Shown: piece after piece, positions 12,940-24,900 of the stretch
Position numbering within the stretch: position 1 is the first letter of the stretch
How the letters are laid out: each line of letters opens with the position of its first letter
The notes under the pieces: model-generated
What the model saw: the letters and a program-made list of their open reading frames with translations, nothing else
Told to the model about the DNA's origin: nothing
Database searches by the model: none
Program-made: the position numbers and the translations under genes
Source of the DNA: Octopus sinensis
Taxonomy: Eukaryota
Assembly: GCF_006345805.1 (NCBI RefSeq)
Contig: NC_043005.1
Location: 2,976,001 to 3,040,000 of the forward strand
DNA: 64,000 bases
Direction: 5' to 3'

Positions 12940-13337
12940 CTTTTATTCTTTTACTTGTTTCAGTCATTTGACTGTGGCCATGCTGGAGCACCGCGTTGTC
13001 GAGCAAATCAACCCCAGGACTTATTCTTTGTAAGCCTAGTACTTATTCTATCGGTCTCTTTTGCCAAACCGCTAGGTTACGGGGACATAAACACACCAAC
13101 ATCGGTTGTCAAGTGATGTAGGGACAAACACAGATATACAAACATACACACACATATATATATATACATATATATGATGGGCTTCTTTCAGTTTCCATCT
13201 ACCAAATCCACTCACAAGGCCTTGGTCAGCCCGAGGCTATAGTAGAAGATACTTGCCCAAGGTGCCATGCAGTGGGACTGAACCCGGAACCATGTGGTTG
13301 GTAAGCAAGCTACTTACCACACAGCCACTCCTACGCC
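12940..13337 (-). mobile_element. SINE family B, full length
   Basis: Reverse-complement match to 11139-11527. Confidence 0.9.
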
Positions 13338-13884
13338 TATAAAAAATATGGAACGCTTCATGAATTTGCGCAGGATATTTAACTATGAATTTAGTAAAAT
13401 AACCCAAGTCAAACAAACAATTGATTAGTTGGATAATTAACCAGTTGACTCATAATAAAGAAGTGGAGTTGAACCAGTGCCTGTGTTAATAATATTGGCA
13501 CAGTGGCCCTCCTTAGACAACAAAATGTTGTCATTAGCATTGAAGATGGCCATATCCGGTCTCTCACACCTACCCTACAATGCCATCTTAAAAATAAAGT
13601 TACATCATCGAAATCTCAAAGCTGTGAGATAATTGCATGATTAATTAAAAACAATATGAATATATAATAAGCATTCCACTTAACAGAGTAATCGGAGTTG
13701 TAAAGGGTCAAATTGAGGTTTAGAATTAACCTGGAATCTTGATGGAAGATTTTAATTTGGATCCCTTAAAATGCAGGAAGTCTGCATCATAGAACCAGGA
13801 GGGACCTTGTGTTGAGTGAGTAGCCCTCCAAGGCAGTATCAGGCTGTTCCAAGGAATAAGGTTAATGAATCTTTTGAATTTTGG

Positions 13885-14222
13885 GTTCAGTCCCATAGAG
13901 TGGCACCTTGGAAAAGTGTCTTCTACTATTAGCCTTGGGCTGACCAAAGCCTTATGAGTAGATTTGGTAGACGGAAACTAAAAGAAGCCCGTCATATATA
14001 TCTGTGTGTCTGTCCCACCACCACCACCACTTGATAACCAGTGTTGGCATGTTTATGTCCTGTAACTTAGCAATTCAGCAAAAGATACCAATAGAATAAG
14101 TATCAGGCTTATATACATATTTAAAAAAAGAAAAGAGCACTGGAATTGGTTCATTCATCTAAAAGCTCTAGGCAGTGCTCCAGCATGGCCACAGTTTAAT
14201 AACTGAAACCAGTGAAAGCAAC
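13885..14222 (+). mobile_element. SINE family B, 5'-truncated
   Basis: GGGTTCAGTCCCATAGAGTGGCACCTTGG ... GTGCTCCAGCATGGCC. Confidence 0.8.
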
Positions 14223-14267
14223 AAAAAAAAAAAAGGGTTCGGCTGAAAAGAAGGCATTATTTACATT

Positions 14268-14394
14268 TGATGGATATTTGTCCTCATCTTGTTTGTTGTT
14301 AACACAACGTTTCAGCTGATATACCCTCCAGCCTTCATCAGGTGTCTTGGGGAAATTTCGAACCTGGGTTCTCATTCCTAAAGTATTTTTCTGG
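14268..14394 (-). ncRNA. Hammerhead-bearing short repeat, copy 1
   Basis: Minus strand reads GACAC-CTGATGA-A-GGCTG-GAGGGTATAT-CAGCT-GAAA-CGTT-GTGTT (core 14301-14346). Confidence 0.7.
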
Positions 14395-14452
14395 GGTTAG
14401 TAGCCTGTGCTCTTAACCCCAAGATTCCAAGTTCGATTCCAGGCAGTGACCT
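14395..14452 (+). mobile_element. tRNA-derived SINE head fragment
   Basis: GGGGTTAGTAGCCTGTGCTCTTAACCCC ... AAGTTCGATTCC (B box); no complete cloverleaf. Confidence 0.5.
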
Positions 14453-14470
14453 GAATAATAATAATATAGA

Positions 14471-14554
14471 GAAATACCTTAGGAATGAGAACCCAGTTTC
14501 AAAATTTCCCCAAGACACCTGATGAAGGCTGGAGGGTATACCAGCTGAAACGTT
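14471..14554 (+). ncRNA. Hammerhead-bearing short repeat, copy 2 (ends at the predicted cleavage triplet)
   Basis: GACAC-CTGATGA(14519-14525)-AGGCTG...CAGCT-GAAA-CGTT, followed immediately by an RTE tail. Confidence 0.7.
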
Positions 14555-14925
14555 ATCATCATCATCGTTTAACATCCGCCTTCTATGCTAGCATGGGTTG
14601 GACGGTTTGACTGAGGGCTGGCGAACCAGATGGCTGCACCAGGCTCCAATCTCTTGATCTGGTAGAGTTTCTACAACTGGATGCCCTTCCTAATGCCAAC
14701 CACTCCAAGAGTGTAGTGGGTACATTTTATGTGCCAGCAGCACGGGGGCCAGTCAGACGGTACTGGCAACGACCTCGCTCGAATCTTTTACACATGCCAC
14801 CGGCACAGGTGCCAGTAAGCTGATGCTGGTAATGATCACACTCGAATGGTGCCCTTTTACGTGCCACTGGCATGGAGGCCAGATAGCCGCTCTGGCAACG
14901 ATCATGCTCGGATGGTACTCTTAAT
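14555..14925 (-). mobile_element. RTE 3'-end fragment flanked by a ~83-bp direct duplication
   Basis: ATCATCATCATCGTTTAAC tail on the left and three ~60-bp sub-repeats; flanks 14472-14553 and 14936-15018 are direct repeats. Confidence 0.85.
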
Positions 14926-14932
14926 AAATATT

Positions 14933-15050
14933 GAAAAATACCTTAGGAATGAGAACCCAGTTTCAAAATTTCCCCCAAGACACCTGATGAAGGTTGGAGG
15001 GTATATCAGTTGAAACGTGTTAACAACAAACAAGATGAGGACAAATGTCC
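14933..15050 (+). ncRNA. Hammerhead-bearing short repeat, copy 3 (degenerate)
   Basis: CTGATGA at 14984-14990 and GAAA at 15012-15015; 3-nt deletion after GAAACG. Confidence 0.6.
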
Positions 15051-15439
15051 ATAATTGCTCATCCCTCAAATCTAGGACTGAAAAGAAGACAACAAACGTG
15101 AAGACTGAGAGGAGGAAGAAGAAGAGCTGAAAGTGGATCGAGGAGGTTTGTTTATTCTCTTTGGAAATGGCAGTTCTAGAGATTTAAATGTTATATCTTT
15201 GTTTTTCATTTTTTTTTTTAACACCAACAATGTTGACTTGAAAACCAATCTTAAAATACAATATTATTATTGAAAATAGAAATAAATATAAAATAAAAAC
15301 AATCGGATAACAAAACCAGTGGAATCAGAGATTTGGAGGAAAAGAAAAAAAAAAGTTGTGATGGTTGTATTGTTTATTCCCACCACCACCACCATCACCC
15401 GGTGGTTTTTGACCCCTCGAGAATTTACCATCACATTAT

Positions 15440-18400
15440 TCAGAATAATAATTGTTTCAAATTTTGGCACGAAAGCCAGCAATTTTAGGGGTAGGGAGTT
15501 AGTTGAAACCATCAACCCCAGTAGTTAACTGGTACTTATTCTGTCACTCCCCAAACGGATGAAAGGCAAAGTTGACCTCAGCAGGATTTGAACTCAGAAT
15601 GTAAACAGTTGGAAGAAATGTAATTAAGCATTTTGTCCAGTATGCTAACGATTCTGCCAATTTGCTTTGATAAAATAATAATTATTATTTCTTACAATAT
15701 ACATGCAGCTTCAAAATTGACAAATTATGTGAAGTTGTAATGTGCATGCTTCCCCCAGGGGCATCTGGTGGTTGGTTTCAATTGGGAACCAAAACCAACC
15801 AAAAGAAAACATGTCTACAAATTTATTGATGGACACTAAATGAGCAGAAATCTTCATGAAATGTCTGCGAGTCTTTAGTCTCATCAGTCTGTGATTGACA
15901 AAATAAGCACCAGTAATGGACCAGAAGTTAACTATATTTCCTACTCAGCAAAATTTAGCCCTATACCTTCATCAGCAACAACTAATTAATTAATCATACC
16001 TTTCATAGGTATTAATTAACCAATTTTTGAAATTAAATCTGTGGCAAATTCTGCAATATTTTCATTCTCAAAGACAACAACAGTATAAAAGAAACAGAAT
16101 TGTGAATTGAAACCAGATTAGAATTTCTTTCTAAAACACAACAAACAATATAATCAGTGAAATTAATGTTCTCAGTATATAACTGGTACTTACTTCATTG
16201 ACCTTGGAAATATGAAAGACAATGTCCCCTCGTGGCAAGATTGGAATTTGATATATTGAAACTCGAAGCTAGATACAGTTCAGATACCTACTATCTCTCT
16301 TAACCCCTAAATAATAATAATAATAATAGTTTCAAATTTTGCCAAATGATCAGCAATTTGGGGAGTGGGGATGAGTTGATTACATTGACCCCAGTGTTCA
16401 ACTGGTACTTATTTTATCGACCCCGAGAGGATGAAAGGCAAAGTCGACCTTGGTGGAAACTGAACTTAAAAAATGTGACATGTGAAATACCTATTTCTTT
16501 ACTACCCACAAGGGGCTAAACACAGAGTGGACAAACAAGGACAGACACACGGATTAAGTCGATTACATCGACCCCAGTGCGTAACTGGTACTTATTTGAT
16601 CAATCCCAAAAGGATGAAAGGCAAAGTTGACCTCGGCGGAATTTGAACTCAGAACATAACGGCAGACGAAATACCGCTAAGCATTTCGCCTGGTGTGCTA
16701 ACGTATCTGCCAGCTCGTCGCCTTAATAATAATAATCCTTCCTACAAGGCCTGAAATTTTAGGGGAGGGGGCTAGTCAATTACATCGACCCCAGTGTGTA
16801 ACTGGTATTTATTTCATCAACCCTGAGAGGGTGAAAGGCAGAGTTGACCTTGGAGGAATTTGAACTCAGAATGTAAAGACAGACAAAATGCTGCTAAACA
16901 TTTTGCCCAGCATGCTAACAATTCTGCCAGCTCACCACCCTAAAATATAATAATAATAATAATCCTTTCTACTATAGGCACAAGGCCTGAAATTTTTGGA
17001 GATGGGGTAAGTCAATCACATCGCCTTCAGTACTTGATTGGGAGTTAATTTATCAACCCTGAAAAGATGAAAGGCAAAGTCAACCTCGGTGGAATTTGAA
17101 CTCAGAACGTATCAACATGAAATACCACTAAGCTTTTTGCCTGGCATGCTAATGATTCTGCCATCTCGCCACCCTAAAAAAAATTAATAATAATAACAAC
17201 GATTGCTTACATTGGCACGAGGTTACAAGGTAGAGTCAACTGTGAAGTGACCAGCAAATTTCAATGGCCCCTACCACAGATTGAACTCAGAATGTGGAAA
17301 AACTCAACTTTTTACTCTTAAGTATTTAATCCAGAACTTTAACTGTTTCTGCCACTTGCAGCCCTAATAATAATAATAATTTTTTTTTTAACATTGGCAC
17401 AAAAGGAGGGTGTAAAGTGAGTTGGATTGACCTCAGTACATGACTGGTACTTATACCGTCAACCCCCACCCCAGAAGGATGAAAAGCAAATCAACTCTGG
17501 CAGGATTTGAACTCAAAATAATTATTGGAATGTATTTAGATATCACAAAGCATTTAGCCTGGCACACTGTTGTTTCTACCATTCCATTGCTCTTATAATG
17601 GTCAAGATTTCAGACATAGGCACAAATCCAGGCATTCTTTTAGGAAGGGAGGGGAAGAATACTGTCTAGAAAATTTACCCCAGTATTTGACTGGTATTAT
17701 GGACTTCAGTGAGATTCAAACTCAGAACATAAAGAAATGGATGTGACTAAATACTGCCCAGCGTTTCGTCTACCGATCCATGACCTAACAATAATTATTC
17801 CTAATTCAGGCGCACAACGCCAGCGATTTTGAAGACGGCTGGTTATTCTTAGTCAATTACTTCGATCTCAGTATGGCTTGTATTTCATTTTACAGACGTC
17901 AGAAGATTGAAAGGCAAAGCTGATATGGGTGAAATTTGAACACTGGATGGAAAAAAAACAAATAACTGTTCTCTGCTGATTGTTATTCCATTGCAATAAT
18001 AATAATAATAATAATGGTTTCAAATTTTGGCACATGCCAGTAATTTCAGGCAAGGGTTTAAGTCAGTAACATCGACCCCAGTGCACGACTGGTACTTATT
18101 TTATCGACCCTGAAAGGATGAAAGGCAAAGTTGACCTCGGCAGAATTTGAACTCTGAATGAGAAAATTGATGAAAAGCCACTAAGCATTTTGCTCAGCAT
18201 GCTAAAGATTCTGCCGGCTTTTGCTGCCTTGATTAATAACAACAATGATAAGTTGTTGCATATGTATAAAGCCCCAGGCTTGAAACAAAAAGGAAAAATG
18301 TGAAGTGGTGGTTGTTTTGAGCCTTCCAAAAGACTCCAATTAGCAGAGTGAGTCACAAGCTGACTTTGACAACAACAACAACAACATGACCTTAGTGACC

Positions 18401-19272
18401 ACAGAGTCCAGTCGATTGATTCCACCTCAGTCTATGACTAGTATTCATTTCATTGAGCCTGATGGGGGCGGGGAGTGAATTTTAGCCCCAGCAGAATTTG
18501 AACTCGGAATATAGAGGGACGGAACTAAGTACTAAAAGAATTTTAATCTACAACTCAACCATTCCAATCACTTCACCACTTTTCAAAGAAATACATTAAC
18601 AAGGATTTTTTGCGCGGACACGAATCTGGTGGGGGGGGGGGAGCATTGAAATTAAACCCCAATATTTTACTAGTATTTTATCAACCCTGAAAAGATGAAA
18701 GGCAAAGTTGACCCCTTCCAGCAGAATATTCAGACCTGAGAGCATAAAGAGCCTTAAAGAGGGGCTGCAATGTACAGGGTCCATCATTCCATACCAACCA
18801 TCCAAAAATCTTCAGTATCAATTATAATCTTTTCTATTCTAGGCACAAAGCCAGTAATTTCATGGGAGGTGGTGGTGGGGGGTGGAAGGGAATCAATCAC
18901 ATCGACCCCATTGTTTGATTGCTATTTATTTTATTGACCCCCAAAAGGATGAAAGATAAAGTCAACTTTGATGGCATTTGAACTCAGAACGTAAAGCTGA
19001 CTGCAATGCCGCCAAGCATTTTGTCCAGTGTGCTAACAATTCTACCAGCTCACTGCCCTAATAATAATAATAATAGTACAAGGCCAGCAATTTTAGCAAG
19101 GGGTCAACTTGATAACATCAACCCCCAGTGCACAACTGGTACTTATTTTTTTGACCCTGAAAGGATGAAACACAAAGTTGACCTCTACAGAATTTGAACT
19201 GACGAAATGCCACTAAGTATTTTGCTTGGCATGCTAACCATCCTGCCAGCTCACCGTTTTATCAATAATAAT
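15440..19272 (-). mobile_element. Head-to-tail stack of about a dozen family-A SINEs separated by (AAT)n
   Basis: Repeated GGCAC-AAGG...ATCGACCCCAGTG...AACTGGTACTTA...GAAAGGATGAAAGGCAAAG...GAATTTGAACTCAGAA...CTGCCAGCTC units, all in one orientation and with differing divergence. Confidence 0.9.
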
Positions 19273-19642
19273 AATAATAATAATTTCTTACATATATAAA
19301 AAAAAACATCAAAATATAATACCTATTATACTCAGAGATTCTTGTTGATAACAGTAAAACTTTTGTTGTTGTTTGTAACCTTGAAAAGATAAAACTTCAT
19401 TTGATTTCAGCATAAAAACTTCTCTGATAGAAAAATCGGGTTATTAGTAATAATAATCACCATTATTAACATGATTGCTTTGAAATATTTAAAAAAATTC
19501 TATATTACTGATTTATTTTACAAATTTGTAGAAAGGATCAAACTGAATCAATACCAGAACTTGCCTGATATTTGTTTTAGTGTCCCCAGAGGGATGGTTG
19601 ATAGCGTCTAGATTTGAATCCTAGATAGGCCAACACCAAAGA

Positions 19643-20183
19643 CAAGGGTGAGTCGAAAAATAATGCCATTTTGTTTCAGACAGGTATAATTACCAACACT
19701 GCAACATGTATCATACATCAAAATGAAGCTGGTCCTCTGTGGATCACATCCCTACTGCTCAACAACATTGTCACCGTTTCTCTCAATAGCAATGTTCCAC
19801 CTTCGAATGAGAGCATGTATCCCCGCCCCGTAAAATTCTGTTGACTGTTCTATGAACTACTTCTTCACTACAGTTTTCACTTCCTTGTCACTGGAATAAT
19901 GTTTGCCTCTCAAACCCTCTTTCATAGGGCTGAAGAGATGATAGTTTGAAGGCGCTAAATTATTCCAGTGACGAGGAAGTGGCTCAAAGAACAGTCAACA
20001 GAATTTTACGGGGCAGGGATACATGCTCTCATTTGAAGGTGGAACATAGCTATTGAGAGAAACAGTGACTATGTTGAGAAGTAGGGATGTGATCCACAGA
20101 GGACTAGGTGTATGATACATGTTTCTGTGTTGGTAATTATACCTGTCCTAAACAAAATGGCATTACTTTTTGACTCACCCTCC
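19643..20183. mobile_element. Palindromic MITE made of two inverted mariner 3' ends
   Basis: Arms AGGGTGAGTCGAAAAATAATGCC and GGCATTACTTTTTGACTCACCCT; TA on the right side. Arms translate to (L)APSNYHLFSPMKEGLRGKHYSSDKEVK and WLKEQSTEFYGAGIHALI*RWNIAIERNSDYVEK*, typical of a mariner transposase C-terminus. Confidence 0.85.
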
Positions 20184-20859
20184 TACTGTTTTAAAGACCT
20201 TACTGCTATTGATAAAATAATCCTGTTGTAATTATCGGAGGAAGAATACATCATATCTTTAGTTCTTAGACTCTATCAATACCACTTTCTTCATATGTAC
20301 ACATATGGATTAAGATGGTGTATTTGTGTATCATAATTGGCAACACAGTAGCATTGGTTACAGTTTTCCAGTGGCCCAGTCACGGGTTCACTGCAGTTCT
20401 GAGAGTGACTCTGAAAGGGCAGTGTCTGTAAATGCATATAAATACAAACATGTACATTATAGACATCCAGCACCAAAAGAAGTGAAATGTCACAGAAGGT
20501 GTAATCTTCATTCAAATTTCTTTGAGATTCGTTTTTCCCATCTATATATTTCATAGACATTGATCATTGCCCCAAACTACTTTCTGTTGAGCACTCTCTG
20601 TTAATAAATCTATTGATTAGATGAATTAAGATGTGCCTTGTGAGATTCATGAACTTAATAGCCAAACACAATAGGGGCTGCACAAATTTTGTCTCTTTTA
20701 TTTCCCATATTGGTCTCCCAGAGAACTGACCAACTCGGAACTAAAGACACTTGCCCAGTGCCATGCAGCAGGATTGAAACTGGAACCACAACATTGCACA
20801 CTGAACTTTTTAACCACATAACATATACACACGTATGTTTATATATATATTTAATAATA

Positions 20860-21225
20860 ATTATTTTCAAATTTTGGCACACGGGCAGAATTTTGAGGTG
20901 GTGTGGAGTCAATTCCATCAACCCAAGTACATGACAAGTACTTACTTCATTGACCTCAGCAACAATTTGTCCAACATGCTAATAAGTCTGCCAACTCAAC
21001 ACCTTCATAACTATAACAAGAATCTTTTCTACTATAGGCACAAGACCTGAAATTGGGGTGGGGGGCAATTACATCAACCCTGGTCCTGAAATGGTAGATA
21101 TTTCGTCAACCCTGGAAGGATGAAAGGCAAAGTTGAGCTGAGAAGAAATGCTGCTAAGCCTTTTGTGTGGAGTAATAAAGATTCTGCCAGCTTGCTACCT
21201 TAATTTAATAATAATAATAATAATA
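20860..21225 (-). mobile_element. Two degenerate family-A SINEs in tandem
   Basis: Same unit as the 15440-19272 stack. Confidence 0.75.
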
Positions 21226-21254
21226 ATACATGTATATTCAACACCAAGATAAGT

Positions 21255-21586
21255 AAAGATTGTTTGCCAACATAACATGGCAGTCCTGGTTTAGGACGAA
21301 TGTTACTGTATTTTAGCCCCAGGAGACATCGTCTCCAGCTGACTATACAACACGATCTGTGTCTTTATATTTTCAAACAAGGGAATCTCGCACCCCCACT
21401 CAGCTCAAAACAATATCTGTGTATTGTGTCACATAGCCAGCTGGAAACGATGTCTCCTGGGGCTAAATTACAGCAACATTCGTCCTAAACCAGGACTGCC
21501 CCATGTTATGTTGGCAAACAATCTTTACTCCAAAGTACTGTTGCTGAATATCTCTCGTTGTGAGATTTAAAAATAGTAATTTTCTA
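21255..21586. mobile_element. Foldback element, copy B, with a 12-bp direct flank
   Basis: ~95-bp inverted repeat (GTAAAGATTGTTTGCCAACATAAC...CCAGCTG / CAGCTGG...GTTATGTTGGCAAACAATCTTTAC); ACCAAGATAAGT at 21243-21254 and 21587-21598. Confidence 0.8.
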
Positions 21587-21759
21587 ACCAAGATAAGTGT
21601 ACAAAAAAGAATAGACCCCCCCCCCTGTAAATAAGTGGCTTTCGTGACACTACATATTTTAGTAGCTGAGAGCTACTATTCTCACTCGCTCACTTTCTCT
21701 CACCCCCAGGCCAAAGAGCCTGGCAGACAACTGTATAAAACCAACAATAAAAACAACAA

Positions 21760-21955
21760 CAATAATCCTTCCTAGTACAGGCACAAAACCTGAAATTTTG
21801 AGGGGAGGGGTCTTGTCGATTACATCGACCCCAGTGCATAACTGGTACAAGGGTTAATAAAATTTATTGACCCTGAAAGGATGAAAGGCCAAGTTGACCT
21901 CAACAGAACCCAGACAAAATGCTGCTGAGTGTTTTTGTCAGTTCACCCCCTGGCA
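21760..21955 (-). mobile_element. Family-A SINE
   Basis: GATTACATCGACCCCAGTG ... GAAAGGATGAAAGG. Confidence 0.8.
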
Positions 21956-21961
21956 TAATAA

Positions 21962-24900
21962 TCATCATCATCATCGTTTAACGTCCGCTTTCCATGCTAG
22001 CATGGGTTGGACGGTTCAACTGGGGTCTGGGGAGCCCGAAGGCTGCACCAGGCCAGTCAGATCTGGCAGTGTTTCTACAGCTGGATGCCCTTCCTAACGC
22101 CAACCACTCCGAGAGTGTAGTGGGTGATTTTATGTGCCACCGACACAGGTGCCAGACGAGGCTGGCGGACGGCCACGCTCAGATGGTGTTTTTTATGTGC
22201 CACCGACACAGGTGCCGACGAGGCTGGCGAACGGCCACGATCGGATGGTGTTTGTAACGTGCCCACAGCACGGAGGCCAGTCGATGCAGTACTAGCTACG
22301 GCCACGTTCGGATGGTTTACTTATGTGCCACCGGCACTGGTACCACAAAGATACAAATTCCATTGATGTTCATCTATTTTGATTTGGTTTGATTTTCACT
22401 TGCCTCAACAGGTCTTCACAAGTGTCCCAAGAAGGAAGGTATGCACAGGTGGACTGACTACGTCCCAGGTAGTGGCCACGGGTTATGGCCTCACTAGTCT
22501 TGCCGGGTCTTCTCACGCACAGCATATTTCCATAGGTCTCGGTCTCTAGTCATTTCCTTGGTGAGACCTAAAGTTCGATGGTCGTGCTTCACCACCTCGT
22601 CCCAGGTTTTCCTGGGTCTACCTCTTCCACAGGTTCCCTCAACTGCTAGGGTGTAGCACTTTTGCACACAACTATCTTCAGCCATTCTCGTCACACAACT
22701 GATGCTTCTTAGGTTCAACTTTTCTCTCAAGGTACTTACACTCTGTCGATTATGAACACTGACATTACACATCCATCAGAGCATACTGGCTTCATTTCTT
22801 GCGAGCTTACGCATATCCTTAGCAGTCACGGCCCATGTTTCACTACCATGTAGCATGGCTGTACATACACATGCATCATACAGTTTGCCTTTTACTCTGA
22901 GCGAGAGGCCTTTTGTCACCAGCAGGGGTAAGAGCTCTCTAAACTTTGCCCAGGCTATTCTTACTCTAGCAGTTACACTTTCAGCACACCCACCCCCGCT
23001 ACTGACTTGGTCACCTAGGTAGCGGAAGCTATCAACTACTTCTAGTTTTTCTCCCTGGAATGTGGTAGAAGTTGGTCTCTGCACATTTCCAGTGTTTATT
23101 GCTCCTGAGCATCTGCCACAGACAAAAACTATTTTCCTAGTTAGCCTTCCTTTGACATTGCTGTACCTCTTATGTGTCCATAGCTTACACTTGGTGCACC
23201 TTATAGAGTTTCTACCTACATCTTTTCTACAGATCGAGCAGGGCCATCTACCTGAAGTCGTTTGTGATTGGTCCACCTTCCTACTTATTAGGACTTTGGT
23301 TTTGGCTAGGTTGATTCTAAGGCCCTTCGAATCGAATCCTTGTTTCCACACCTGAAACTTCTCCTCCAGTTCTGATAGTGACTCAGCAATTAGAGCAAGG
23401 TCATCAGCATAGAGGAGCTCCCAGGGGCATCCTGTCTTGAATTCCTCCGTTATTGCCTGGAGGACTATGATAAATAGGAGGGGACTGAGGACTGAACCTT
23501 AGTGGACCCCAACCTCTACCCGGAATTCTTCACTGTACTCATTGCCAACCCTCACCTTACTAGCAGCGTCTCTGTACATGGCTCGCACAGCTCTCACTAA
23601 CCATTCATCTATCCCCAATTTCCTCCTTGACCACCAGATAAGGGATCGGGGGACCCTGTCAAAGGCTTTCTCCATGTCAACAAAAGCCAGGTACAGGGGC
23701 TTATCTTTGGCTAGGTATTTCTCCTGCAGCTGTCTTACCAGGAATATAACATCAGTAGTACTTTTCCCTGGCACAAACCCAAACTGCATCTCATCTAAGC
23801 TAACTCTCTCTCTAATTAATTGGGCTATAACCCTCTCCGTAACCTTCATTACCTGATCCAGCAGCTTGATACCCCTGTAATTATTTGTCTCTAGGGCGTC
23901 GCCTTTACCTTTGTAGCAGTTGACTATTATACTGCTACACCAGTAATTGGGTATGAATCCTTCGTGTATCACCTGGTTAACTATACGGGTGACTAGGCTA
24001 TAGCCGACACTACCAGATATTTTGAGCATCTCTGCAGTGATTCCTGATGGGCCTGGGGCTTTACCTGTCTTCATGCTTCTAATTGCCTTAACTACCAAGG
24101 AACAGTCAACTCGGATAGCTGGTCCCTCTGTTGGGTCGACATTCGGCAGACTCTCTTTATCCCATTCATTTTCCTCATTCAGCAACCTTTCATAGTGGCG
24201 TCTCCAAGCCCCTCTCTTTGCATCCTCATTTAGCGCAAGTGAACCGTCATCCTTGCGAACACATTTCTCTCCTACCACGTCACGATTCTCTCTCACACAC
24301 TGTCTTGCAACACGAAATACCTCAAGTCTTTCATCCTCACGGCACAGGACATTGGCAAATTTTTTCTTATCTGCTTCCCCTCTGGCTAGATAGACCTGTC
24401 TCCTAGCTTCCCTTCTGGCAGTCTGATACACTTCCCTGCTACCACCATTCTTCCAGTCCTTCCAAGCCTGTTTCTTTTGTCTAATAGCCCTGTCAACAAT
24501 ATTGTTCCACCACCACGTTATTTTGGGTCTTAAGGGGATTTTGCACCAGCCACAGATCTGATCAGTGGCTTTCAGCAGGTTGTCCCTCAGAAGCGTCCAG
24601 TTGTCTTCTACCCCATGTGTAGCTATACCCCCTTCCATTTCGTCAAAGGCTTCAAGTAACATGTCTCTAAATCTCTGTCTATTCGCAGGGTCTTTAAGCT
24701 TCCAGACCCTTCTTCTCCATGTTGGTCGTCTTCTAGTCGCCCTCTTAGTCCTGATCCTAAAGTCACTAACTACCAGTCTATGTTGTGGGGTGCATTCTTC
24801 GCCTGGGAAGGTTTTGGCATTTATAAGCAGCCATCTTTCCCTTTTTCTGGCAAGGATGTAGTCGATTTGGCTAGTATGCCGGCCCGATCGGTAGGTGACC

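Noticed and set aside
14395-14452. tRNA gene
   Set aside because: Only a B box and a partial arm are present, with no acceptor stem; this fits a SINE head.
15960-15985. CTGATGA on the minus strand (similar hits near 37040 and 46782) as hammerheads
   Set aside because: None is followed by a stem II closed by GAAA.
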